Part shown: positions 18,343-27,119 of the stretch, piece after piece
Layout of the letters: the number at the start of each line of letters is the position of its first letter
Numbering within the stretch: the first letter of the stretch is position 1
NCBI GenBank assembly: GCA_019747015.1
Contig: JAIERI010000148.1
Coordinates: forward strand, 1-58,048
Source: Xanthobacteraceae bacterium
GTDB taxonomy: Bacteria > Pseudomonadota > Alphaproteobacteria > Rhizobiales > Xanthobacteraceae
Direction: 5' to 3'
DNA: 58,048 nt
The notes under the pieces: model-generated
Database searches by the model: none
Told to the model about the DNA's origin: nothing
What the model saw: only the letters and a program-made list of their open reading frames with translations
Position numbers and translations under genes: made by a program

Positions 18343-18981
18343 ATGGCAAACGACATCGATCGTGCTGGAGTGGCGAGGGCTTACGCAGCCTGGGCTCCGG
18401 TGTACGATTTGGTATTCGGCGCGGTGTTCGATCATGGCCGCAAATCCACCATCGCGGTGGCCGATGCGATCGGCGGGCGCGTACTCGACGTCGGCGTCGG
18501 CACAGGATTGTCGCTGTCGGACTATTCGCGATCCACGAAACTGTGCGGTGTCGATATTTCCGAGCCGATGCTTCGCAAGGCGCAGGAGCGCGTGCGGACT
18601 CTCAACCTGACGAATGTCGAATCGCTGTCGGTGATGGATGCGAAGAATCTCGCATTCCCCGATGCGTCGTTCGACGCGGTGGTGGCGCAATATGTCATTA
18701 CCGCCGTTCCCGATCCGGAAGCGACGCTTGATGATTTCGTGCGTGTGCTGAAACCCGGTGGCGAGTTGATCCTGGTCAATCACATCGGCGCGGAAAGCGG
18801 CCCGCGCCGGATTTTCGAACTGGCTTTCGCGCCGCTAGCGCGCCGGCTCGGCTGGCGGCCGGAATTTCCCTGGCAGCGGTTGCTAAACTGGCAATCGGCG
18901 CATGGCGGCGTCAGTCTGGTTGAGCGCCGCCCAATGCCGCCGATGGGCCATTTTTCCCTGATCCGCTACCGCAAATCCTGA
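18343..18981 (+). CDS. class I SAM-dependent phospholipid N-methyltransferase (Rhodobacter PmtA / PmtX1 type)
   Basis: AY..WAPVYDLVFG, VLDVGVGTGLSL and RVLKPGGELILVNH motifs. Confidence 0.8.
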   Translation: MANDIDRAGVARAYAAWAPVYDLVFGAVFDHGRKSTIAVADAIGGRVLDVGVGTGLSLSDYSRSTKLCGVDISEPMLRKAQERVRTLNLTNVESLSVMDAKNLAFPDASFDAVVAQYVITAVPDPEATLDDFVRVLKPGGELILVNHIGAESGPRRIFELAFAPLARRLGWRPEFPWQRLLNWQSAHGGVSLVERRPMPPMGHFSLIRYRKS

Positions 18982-19036
18982 ACACGGAATTTAATAATGG
19001 CGCGGAACCTCTTCCCCGCGTCTCTGTTTTATTCCT

Positions 19037-19405
19037 ATGCGGATAAAACCAACCCTCGCGCTGTTCTGCGCCCTTGCTGCGATTCCCGGTCTCGCCGCCG
19101 CGCAAGCGCCGCCATCGCCGGCCGCGCCGCCAGCGGAGACCGCGCCGCCAAATGCTGCGCATGCCGATCAGAATTGCGCGCCCACACGCGCGCAGCCGCA
19201 GGACGGCAGTATCGCTCCCCGTGGTTCGACGACGGGGCAGGCGAACGAGTCGCTCGGCGACAGGCTGGCCAAATCCGATGGCGTGCTGTGTCCGCCGCCC
19301 GGCGTCGATCCGCAGATGCACGCGCCGACACCTGACACCGGCACCATGCCGGTGATTCCGCCGCCCGGCGGCCCCGGTGGCGACCCGAATATCCGGCCGA
19401 AATGA
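19037..19405 (+). CDS. secreted Pro-rich hypothetical protein
   Basis: Signal peptide ending AAA-Q; LGDRLAKSDGVLCPP.GVDP and MPVIPPPG motifs. Confidence 0.75.
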   Translation: MRIKPTLALFCALAAIPGLAAAQAPPSPAAPPAETAPPNAAHADQNCAPTRAQPQDGSIAPRGSTTGQANESLGDRLAKSDGVLCPPPGVDPQMHAPTPDTGTMPVIPPPGGPGGDPNIRPK

Positions 19406-19429
19406 AGCCGTGATCCGTGGCCCATTTGC

Positions 19430-19458
19430 TTGACAGGCAATTGCGCGACTTCTTATAT
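19430..19458 (+). promoter_or_regulatory. sigma70 promoter of tRNA-Met
   Basis: TTGACA-N17-TTATAT. Confidence 0.65.
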
Positions 19459-19505
19459 GCCGCCGTTCGCAGCGCCCATTCCGCAAGGCTGGCCGCCGGA
19501 CATTT

Positions 19506-19582
19506 GGCGAGGTAGCTCAGCTGGTTAGAGCACGGGAATCATAATCCTGGGGTCGGGGGTTCGAGTCCCTCTCTCGCTACCA
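19506..19582 (+). tRNA. tRNA-Met(CAT), elongator type
   Basis: Cloverleaf with GGCGAGG/TCTCGCT acceptor stem, CGGGA-ATCATAA-TCCTG anticodon arm, TTCGAGT T-loop and encoded CCA. It lacks initiator features. Confidence 0.95.
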
Positions 19583-19663
19583 TCACCTTTACCATCTATC
19601 TTGTTCGAGTGCCCGATTGTGCGGCTTGCATGGCGGCTGGATGTCGCGTTCCCTGTCACATGC

Positions 19664-21088
19664 ATGAGTGACCTGTCCGGCGCAAACCGATTGAAAAATG
19701 CCCGTGGCGGCGAATCCACGTTGTTCGGTCATCCGCAGGGTCTCACATTTCTGTTCGGTACGGAAATGTGGGAGCGGTTCTCCTATTACGGAATGAGGTC
19801 GCTTCTTGTTCTGTACATGATCGACTATCTGCTCAAGCCGGAAAAGGCGGCGGGCGTTATCGGCCTTGATGGTCTGCGACGCGCTCTCGAATCGATCTTC
19901 GGTCAACTGACCGATCAGTCCTTCGCGTCGCAAATCTACGGCTTCTATACCGGCTTTGCTTATCTGACGCCGATCCTCGGCGGCATTCTCGCCGATCGCG
20001 TGATCGGGCGGACTGCTACCGTACTTCTCGGTGCATCGCTGATGGTGCTGGGCCATTTTTTGATGGCGTTCGATCATCTGTTTCTGGTTGCGCTTTTCCT
20101 GCTGGTGATAGGTGTCGGCACCTTCAAGCCTAACGTCACCACGCAGGTCGGCGAGCTTTACAAACCAGGCGACCGCCGCATCGACCGTGCCTATTCGATC
20201 TTCTATGTCGGCATCAATATCGGCGCGTTCTTCTCGCCGCTGATTTGCGGTTATCTCGGCGAGCGCATCGCCTGGCAATACGGCTTCATCAGCGCCGGCC
20301 TGGGAATGGCGCTCGGGATGGCGACCTATCTGATCGGGTTGCCGCACTTGCCCAAAACGGACGCACGATTGTCTCGCACCGAGCCGGACGAGGCGACACG
20401 CAGCCAGACCCGTGCTTCCTTCGCCAGCCTGCTCCTTTTGTTTATTCCCTCCGCTTTGTTCTGGGCGGCTTACGAACAGCAGGGCAACACCATTGCGATC
20501 TGGATTCACCAATCTGTCAATCGCGAGGCGGACCTCGGATTCTGGAAAGGTGAAATCCCTGTCAGCTGGTTTCAGTCCATCAATCCGATTTTGATCTTCA
20601 TCCTGACACCGATGCTGATCGCGTGCTGGACGTATTTCGGCAGGAGAGGCCGGGAGCCAACGACCATCGGCAAGTTAGTGGCAGGGCTTGTGCTGCTCTC
20701 GCTGTCTTTTGTTTCCGCTGCCGCCATCGCGTGGCTCAGTGGCTCTGGGCAGCCAAGCTGGCTTTGGCTCCTGATTTACTTTGTATTGCTCACGCTGGCG
20801 GAGCTGCACTTCTCGCCGATCGGGTTGTCTCTGATGTCATCGATTGCGCCGGGCAATTCGCGCTCTTCGCTGATCGCCGTCTGGTTCACCAGCAACTTCT
20901 TCGGAAATATCATCGCCGGTTCGCTCGGCGGCCTGTGGCCGAAATTTTCGAATCCGGTTTTCTTTCTGATCATCGCGGCGCTTGGCGCAATTGCCGCTCT
21001 GTTCACGCTTGCAGTGCGCCCGTTGCTGGTACGCACACTGGCGCGGCAACAGTCCGTCACAGCCCCACAACAACAGCCGCACCGGTAA
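19664..21088 (+). CDS. proton-dependent oligopeptide transporter (POT/PTR2 family)
   Basis: [21 protein letters not shown] (ExxERFxYY), FKPNV and [11 protein letters not shown] motifs. Confidence 0.95.
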   Translation: MSDLSGANRLKNARGGESTLFGHPQGLTFLFGTEMWERFSYYGMRSLLVLYMIDYLLKPEKAAGVIGLDGLRRALESIFGQLTDQSFASQIYGFYTGFAYLTPILGGILADRVIGRTATVLLGASLMVLGHFLMAFDHLFLVALFLLVIGVGTFKPNVTTQVGELYKPGDRRIDRAYSIFYVGINIGAFFSPLICGYLGERIAWQYGFISAGLGMALGMATYLIGLPHLPKTDARLSRTEPDEATRSQTRASFASLLLLFIPSALFWAAYEQQGNTIAIWIHQSVNREADLGFWKGEIPVSWFQSINPILIFILTPMLIACWTYFGRRGREPTTIGKLVAGLVLLSLSFVSAAAIAWLSGSGQPSWLWLLIYFVLLTLAELHFSPIGLSLMSSIAPGNSRSSLIAVWFTSNFFGNIIAGSLGGLWPKFSNPVFFLIIAALGAIAALFTLAVRPLLVRTLARQQSVTAPQQQPHR

Positions 21089-22049
21089 GGCCCGCGCCCG
21101 CTGCGGTGAGAAGAAGCCGCTCGCCTGTGGCGAAGGATTTCTGTTGACGGGCGACCGACAGTGACAGCGCGATGGTCCCGGCCGATGAATTGCCATATTC
21201 GCCGATCGTTTGAATTATTTCGCAATTATGGGGGAGGCCGAGATTGTCACGGACCGCTCCGAAGATCCGCGCGTTGGCCTGATGCGGCACGAAGCGATCA
21301 ATGTCGCTCGCCTGCAACTGCGCGCGTTCGAGCGCTCTCTCGGCGCAGTGCGTCATCATGTGGACCGCGTTTGCGAATACTTTCTTTCCGTCCGGCATCG
21401 CCATCATGAATTCGCGCGGATCGATATCGGGAGCAAAGGGCCGGGCGCCGCCGCCCGCTGGAATTTTGATGAGATCGTAGTGGCTGCCATCCGCGGCGAC
21501 GTCTACACCGAGCAGGCCTGTGTCCGGATCGTTCGACGGCGCGAGCACGACGGCGCCGGCGGCGTCCGCGAACACCACGCTGGAGGCGCGTTCTTCGGGA
21601 TTGATGCGGCGACTCAGAATATTCCCGGCGACGACGAGCGCGGGTTTCCCCTGTGTCCTGACAAACCCGTCCGCGAGTATGAGCGCATACAAAAATCCAG
21701 AGCACGCGCCGGCAAGATCGATTGCACCGGAGTTTGGCAGACCGAGCCTATAGGCAAGCAGGGGAGCGGACGGCGGCAGAAGATGATCCGGCGTCGACGT
21801 CGCGAGTACAGTTAGTGCGATATCGCCGCGCGCGATGTTTGAATCATCGAGGGCCTGTGCGCCGGCCTTTATCGCAAGATCGGTCAGCGTCTCGCCTGGC
21901 TCGGCCCAGTGCCGCGCCTTGATTCCGGTGCGGCGTTCGATCCAGCCGTGTGCGAGGCCGAATTGATCCTCAATGATGGCGTTCTCGACTCGGTTGAGTG
22001 GCGCGAAGTGGCCAAATCCGGCGAGGCGGCTTGAGAGAGGTTGCTTCAT
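21057..22049 (-). CDS. bioZ: FabH-like 3-ketoacyl-ACP synthase III, BioZ (pimeloyl-ACP synthase) type
   Basis: Catalytic GACSGF, HQAN and [34 protein letters not shown] and TAAGAG segments match my recollection of BioZ rather than FabH. Confidence 0.8.
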   Translation of the reverse strand: MKQPLSSRLAGFGHFAPLNRVENAIIEDQFGLAHGWIERRTGIKARHWAEPGETLTDLAIKAGAQALDDSNIARGDIALTVLATSTPDHLLPPSAPLLAYRLGLPNSGAIDLAGACSGFLYALILADGFVRTQGKPALVVAGNILSRRINPEERASSVVFADAAGAVVLAPSNDPDTGLLGVDVAADGSHYDLIKIPAGGGARPFAPDIDPREFMMAMPDGKKVFANAVHMMTHCAERALERAQLQASDIDRFVPHQANARIFGAVRDNLGLPHNCEIIQTIGEYGNSSAGTIALSLSVARQQKSFATGERLLLTAAGAGLTGAAVVVGL

Positions 22050-22058
22050 GCCGGGCTC

Positions 22059-22067
22059 ATTATATCA
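22059..22067 (-). promoter_or_regulatory. extended -10 promoter element for bioZ
   Basis: TGATATAAT (TGn-TATAAT) ending 9 nt before the ATG. Confidence 0.55.
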
Positions 22068-22119
22068 AAAGCGCAGCATATCAAAGTTTATCGCCTCATT
22101 TTTATCTGAGAAGATTGCT

Positions 22120-23514
22120 TTATATAGCTTCGCTTGGCGCTGCGATCAGGCGAAGAAAACTCATCGCCGATCCCAGTGCGGCAAAGCCCGCACCTAGAGC
22201 CAGTGCCAGTGTCGCGCCGTCGTGTCCCGCGATGCTGAAACACAGGGCGGCGAGTGCGGCTCCGGTGGTCTGCCCGATCAATCGTGCCGTTGCCACGACG
22301 CTGCTCGCGCTTCCAGCCCGGCCCGCAGGCGCGCTGATCATGATCGCCTTCATGTTGGGGGCCTGGAAAAAGCCGAAGCCGATACCGCACAGCGCGATAC
22401 GCCAGAGAATGTTCGGAATACTCGGATCGTTCGGGAGCGCCGCCAGAAGTGCCATGCCGACCGCGAGCATGGTGAGGCCTATACCGCCAAGACCGCCGGC
22501 GTGATGACGATCCGACAGGCGGCCGGCAATGGGCGCCATTACAGCTACCACCAGCGGCCAGGGCGTGATGAAAAATCCGGTCTCGACCTGCGAGCGATGC
22601 AGCACATCCTCGAAATAAAACGGCAGCGACACGAAAGCGAGTCCCTGCACGGCGAAGGAGCAGATCGCGGTGCCCGTCGACAGTGCGAACATCGGTTTTC
22701 TGAACAGGTCGACCGGCAGGATAGGCGCGGGATGATCCGCCTGTCTGCGGGTCAGTGCCCACGCGATCACCGCGGCGGCTCCGATCTCGATCAGCACGAG
22801 CATCGGTGATGTTCCGTGTGCGGCGCTGCCAATGCCGAGTACGAACAGCCCGATGCAGCCGGCGGCAAGCAGCGCGCCAGGAAAGTCGAAGGCGTGGGTC
22901 GCGCGCGGCGTCTGCGGCAGCGTCTTGAATCCGATCAGCGCGGCAAGGATGCCGAAAGGGATGTTGATGGCGAACAGCCATGGCCATGAGCCTAGCGACA
23001 GGATGCCCGATGCGATGGTCGGCCCGAGAGTGAAGGCCGTCGCCACCACCAGCGCGTTGTGGCCATAGCCGCGACCCATCTGGTGCGGCGGATAGATGAA
23101 GCGGACCAGCGCAGTGTTGACGCTCATGATGCCGCCTGCACCAAGGCCCTGCAATGCGCGTCCGACCAGCAGACTCGGCAGCGACCACGCGCAGGCGCAC
23201 ACCAGCGACGCGATAGTGAACAGGATCAGTCCGCCGAGATAAATGCGCTTGTGGCCGACGATCTCGCCGAGCGCGCCGAGCGGCAGCAGCGTCGTGACCA
23301 GGCCAATCTGATAGACGTTGACCACCCACACCACGTCGGCCGGACTGGTCTTCAGATCGGCGGCAATGGCGGGAAGGGCGATATTGGCGATGGCGGTATC
23401 GAGCGAGGCCATCGCCAGCGCGGCGAACACTGCAGCCGCAGCCCAGAGCCGGCGTTCCGGCGGCACACAATCAGGCGCCAGCGTGTGCCGGGAAGGTTCT
23501 ACGCTTGCGTCCAT
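22120..23514 (-). CDS. DHA2-family MFS transporter (YebQ-like)
   Basis: MASLDTAIANIALP, GRALQGLG, WLFAINIPFG and FQAPN motifs; about 14 TM. Confidence 0.9.
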   Translation of the reverse strand: MDASVEPSRHTLAPDCVPPERRLWAAAAVFAALAMASLDTAIANIALPAIAADLKTSPADVVWVVNVYQIGLVTTLLPLGALGEIVGHKRIYLGGLILFTIASLVCACAWSLPSLLVGRALQGLGAGGIMSVNTALVRFIYPPHQMGRGYGHNALVVATAFTLGPTIASGILSLGSWPWLFAINIPFGILAALIGFKTLPQTPRATHAFDFPGALLAAGCIGLFVLGIGSAAHGTSPMLVLIEIGAAAVIAWALTRRQADHPAPILPVDLFRKPMFALSTGTAICSFAVQGLAFVSLPFYFEDVLHRSQVETGFFITPWPLVVAVMAPIAGRLSDRHHAGGLGGIGLTMLAVGMALLAALPNDPSIPNILWRIALCGIGFGFFQAPNMKAIMISAPAGRAGSASSVVATARLIGQTTGAALAALCFSIAGHDGATLALALGAGFAALGSAMSFLRLIAAPSEAI

Positions 23515-23735
23515 GCTGCGGATTCTTTCAGGGCGGTTTTGCCGAGGGAGCGCGCTCAATATCGTTTGCAGCGCGCTCCGATCAACGTGTGAAAACGGAT
23601 GCCTGTCAGGCAAAATTCAGGCACCTGACAAGGCACCTTTGTTCCGCAGCTTTATTCATATATGTTGTCATTGTCGCCGTCGAACAGGTATTTGCCATCG
23701 CCTGACGAGGCACTTCTTGCGAGTTTGCCGGTCTT

Positions 23736-25877
23736 ATGAAGACGCTGGTCATCGATAACTACGATTCATTTACGTATAATCTCGTGCACCTGATTGCTGA
23801 GATCAATCGGGAAGAGCCATTGGTCGTGCGCAACGATGCTGTGATCTGGGCTGACCTTGCCGCGCGTCATTTTGACAACATCGTGATCTCCCCGGGCCCC
23901 GGCCGTTCGGACACTTCCGTCGATTTCGGCGTGTGCCGGGACGTGATCGCGAACGCGACGGTACCTCTGCTCGGCGTCTGTCTCGGTCATCAGGGTCTCG
24001 CGCAGGCCGAAGGTGCTGAACTCGCGCAGGCGCCGTCTCTCATCCATGGTCTTGCCTCGCGCATCAGCCATAATGGACACGGATTGTTCAAGGGCCTGCC
24101 GTCGCCATTCCAGGGCGCGCGCTATCATTCATTTCTGATCGAGCGGCCGCTGCCGCCGACGCTCGAGGAAACGGCATGGACAGACGACGGTCTGGTGATG
24201 GGCGTTGCTCATCGCGAGCGGCCGCAATGGGGCGTGCAGTTTCATCCAGAGTCCGTGCTCACTGAACATGGCCGGACGCTGCTGGAGAATTTCCGCGATC
24301 TGTCGCTGAAAGCCTCGAGCAGAAAGTCGTTTTCGTTCTCGCCGCCCGTGAAAGCCAAACGCGCGGTGGTGCCGGTGTCAGAAATACGCAAGGCGTTCTG
24401 GTGTGAACTGCCGCGTGCGGTCGACACCGAGGCGGTTTACTGCTCGCTCTATGCCGACGCGCCTTATTCCTTCTGGCTCGACAGCAACATCGCCGATGCA
24501 GCGCAGGCACGCTGGTCCTACATGGGCGATGCGTCCGGTCCGCATGCGGCGGCGCTGCGCTACCGAAGCCTTGGCAAGACTCTCGATATCACGGGCGCCG
24601 ATGGCGCGCGGAGCGAGAAGACCGATATTTTCGAATATCTGCGGAAACAGCAGTTAAATACGCCGCAATCGCCGCCGCCCTGTCCTTTCAAGGGAGGCCA
24701 TGTCGGCTGGTTCGGCTACGAGTTGCGGCGCGACTGCGCCTATCCCACAGGCCGCGTGTCGCAGACGCCCGATGCGCTGCTGGTTCATGCCGACCGCTTC
24801 ATCGCCGTCGATCACGCGGATAACAAGACCTATGTCTGCGCCATCGATCATCCCGACGAGGCGCCGCGCGCGGAGGAATGGATTGGTGCCGCCATCGCTC
24901 GTATCGAGAATGCAACATCACCGCCGATGCCGAAGGCCGCGCGCATGGGCTGCGAACCGCTCTCGATCGTTATGGATCAAGGCAAGGCGCAATACCTCGC
25001 CAACGTGCAGCAATGTCTCGATATGATCGCGCAGGGCGAGACCTATCAAGTTTGCCTGACCAACGAGCTGTCCTGCATATTAGATATCGACCCGCTGACG
25101 CTGTATCGCACCGTGCGTCGTCTCAATCCCGCGCCGTTCGCGGCTTTCGTCAGATGGCCGGAGGGTGCGGTGCTGAGCGCATCGCCCGAGCGTTTTCTGT
25201 CGGTGGATGTGGACGGTCATGTCGAAACCAAACCGATCAAGGGCACCATCAAGCGGGATACAAACCCCGTGCGTGATAAGGCGCTCGCCGATGCACTGTG
25301 CGCCAGTGAAAAGAATCGTGCTGAAAACGCCATGATCGTCGATCTTCTCCGCAATGATCTGTCGCGCGGTTGCGAGGTGGGTTCGGTTCACGTGCCGAAG
25401 CTGTTCGACATCGAGACTTACGAGACGGTTCACCAATTGGTCAGCACCGTGCGCGGAGTATTGAAGCCGGAGCGGACAGTCGCCGATCTTTTGTGCGATG
25501 CGTTTCCCGGTGGATCGATGACCGGCGCGCCGAAATACCGAACCGTTGAATTTATCGATCGGCTGGAGCAACGTCCGCGCGGTATCTATTCAGGATGTCT
25601 CGGCTGGATCGGTGATGACGGCGCGGCTGATTTAAGCATTGTGATCCGCGCAATTGTTGCGATCGGCGATCAATTGACGATAGGAACAGGCGGCGGCGTG
25701 GTGGCGGCCTCGACGCCGGAGGACGAATATCAGGAAATGCTTTTGAAGGCGAAGGCATCGATTGCGGCAATTGTCACAACTCTGTTTGGCCGCTTCGATG
25801 AGAAGCTTTATCACCTCACATCGCCCGGTCAGACGTTTCGCGGCCATGCGAAAAAAGCCAGCGGATCGCGGTCATAA
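23736..25877 (+). CDS. pabB: fused aminodeoxychorismate synthase (GATase PabA + PabB)
   Basis: IDNYDSFTYNL, GVCLGHQ and FHPES (GATase). PIKGT (ADC-synthase lysine, not anthranilate PIAGT), MIVDLLRND and GSMTGAPK. Confidence 0.93.
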   Translation: MKTLVIDNYDSFTYNLVHLIAEINREEPLVVRNDAVIWADLAARHFDNIVISPGPGRSDTSVDFGVCRDVIANATVPLLGVCLGHQGLAQAEGAELAQAPSLIHGLASRISHNGHGLFKGLPSPFQGARYHSFLIERPLPPTLEETAWTDDGLVMGVAHRERPQWGVQFHPESVLTEHGRTLLENFRDLSLKASSRKSFSFSPPVKAKRAVVPVSEIRKAFWCELPRAVDTEAVYCSLYADAPYSFWLDSNIADAAQARWSYMGDASGPHAAALRYRSLGKTLDITGADGARSEKTDIFEYLRKQQLNTPQSPPPCPFKGGHVGWFGYELRRDCAYPTGRVSQTPDALLVHADRFIAVDHADNKTYVCAIDHPDEAPRAEEWIGAAIARIENATSPPMPKAARMGCEPLSIVMDQGKAQYLANVQQCLDMIAQGETYQVCLTNELSCILDIDPLTLYRTVRRLNPAPFAAFVRWPEGAVLSASPERFLSVDVDGHVETKPIKGTIKRDTNPVRDKALADALCASEKNRAENAMIVDLLRNDLSRGCEVGSVHVPKLFDIETYETVHQLVSTVRGVLKPERTVADLLCDAFPGGSMTGAPKYRTVEFIDRLEQRPRGIYSGCLGWIGDDGAADLSIVIRAIVAIGDQLTIGTGGGVVAASTPEDEYQEMLLKAKASIAAIVTTLFGRFDEKLYHLTSPGQTFRGHAKKASGSRS

Positions 25878-26680
25878 TGCCGCCGGTCTGGTGCAATGGC
25901 GCTTTCATGGCGGAAGACGAGGTGCGTATTTCCATCGCCGATCGCGGCTTTACGCTGGCTGATGGCATTTTCGAAACCTTGCGCGCCGCCGGCAACACAC
26001 CGCTCTGGCTCGCCGAACATCTCGATCGCTTGCGTGTCAGTGCGCAGTTTCTCGGCCTGCTTGTCTCTTATGATGATGCTGACATCGAAGCTGCGATCGT
26101 TCGATTGCTGGGTGATAATGGCTTTGCGGAAAGCGCGGTGCGGATCACGCTGACGCGTGGTCCGGCCTCAAAGCGGGGACTGTGGAGTTCGGACAATCCC
26201 GACCATCCGACGCTGCTCATCACGGCGGCGGTGGCGGGAAAAATGCCGCCGCAACATATGGTGATGTGCCGCTCCACGCGCCGTAACGAATGTTCGCCGC
26301 TGTCTGGCATCAAGTCGCTCAATTATGGCGATAATATTCTGGCGCGGCGCGAGGCTATTCAAAGAGGCGCGAGCGACGCACTGATGCTCAACACTCGCGG
26401 CCACGTCGCATGCGCCACGGTCGGGAATGTCTTTCTTCGTATCGATGACAAATGGGTAACGCCGATGCTGTCGGACGGCATTCTTCCAGGCATCGCGCGT
26501 GCGAAAATCATTCCGGCACTCGATGCCATTGAGCGAACTCTGCCGGAACAGGACATCGCGCAAGCCGACGCGGCCTTCATCAGCAACAGTCTGGGATGCA
26601 CGAGCATCGCCAGTATCGAGGGCCGGACGCTGCAACAAAGCGCATTGCCTGACCTGGCGATCTATCAGAAATCACATTGA
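25877..26680 (+). CDS. pabC: aminotransferase class IV / aminodeoxychorismate lyase
   Basis: DRGFTLADGIFET, KSLNY (PLP lysine) and LPGIAR motifs; overlaps the pabAB stop (TAATG). Confidence 0.8.
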   Translation: MPPVWCNGAFMAEDEVRISIADRGFTLADGIFETLRAAGNTPLWLAEHLDRLRVSAQFLGLLVSYDDADIEAAIVRLLGDNGFAESAVRITLTRGPASKRGLWSSDNPDHPTLLITAAVAGKMPPQHMVMCRSTRRNECSPLSGIKSLNYGDNILARREAIQRGASDALMLNTRGHVACATVGNVFLRIDDKWVTPMLSDGILPGIARAKIIPALDAIERTLPEQDIAQADAAFISNSLGCTSIASIEGRTLQQSALPDLAIYQKSH

Positions 26681-26704
26681 TCCGAATAAAGGGAGACGAA
26701 AGCG

Positions 26705-27088
26705 ATGAACCGGAGCAAGCAGTTTGAAGACGGCCTGAAAGTACGGCGCGAAGTGCTGGGCGCGGACTATGTCGATGGCGGTCTTGCGAAGGCCGATGAT
26801 TTCATGATGGCGTTTCAGACCCTCACCACCGAATGGTGCTGGGGCCATGCATGGACGCGGCCCGGCCTCGATCGCAAGACACGCAGCATGATCAACCTTG
26901 CGATGCTCACCGCGCTGAACAAGCCGGCGGAATTGAAGCTGCATGTGCGGGGCGCACTGACCAACGGCGTTACTGTGGATGAGATCAAGGAAGTTTTGAT
27001 TCATGCCACCGTCTATTGCGGCATTCCGGCGGGACTCGAGGCGTTCAAGTCGGCCCATGAAGCCTTGAAAGCCCAGGGAGCTATCTAA
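26705..27088 (+). CDS. carboxymuconolactone decarboxylase family protein
   Basis: GLKVRREVLG..YVD, WG..WTRPGLDRKTRS and YCGIPA motifs. Confidence 0.9.
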   Translation: MNRSKQFEDGLKVRREVLGADYVDGGLAKADDFMMAFQTLTTEWCWGHAWTRPGLDRKTRSMINLAMLTALNKPAELKLHVRGALTNGVTVDEIKEVLIHATVYCGIPAGLEAFKSAHEALKAQGAI

Positions 27089-27119
27089 AAGCGCTCTCTA
27101 ATGCCGCCTTGAACCGCAC

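Noticed and set aside
19525-19719. 64-aa minus-strand ORF
   Set aside because: It is the antisense reading of tRNA-Met.
22050-22130. BioR box (TTATMKATAA) upstream of bioZ
   Set aside because: The best matches have two or more mismatches and are not palindromic.
23736-25877. Anthranilate synthase TrpE(G) call
   Set aside because: It has PIKGT rather than PIAGT, an N-terminal GATase domain and an adjacent class IV lyase, which all indicate ADC synthase.
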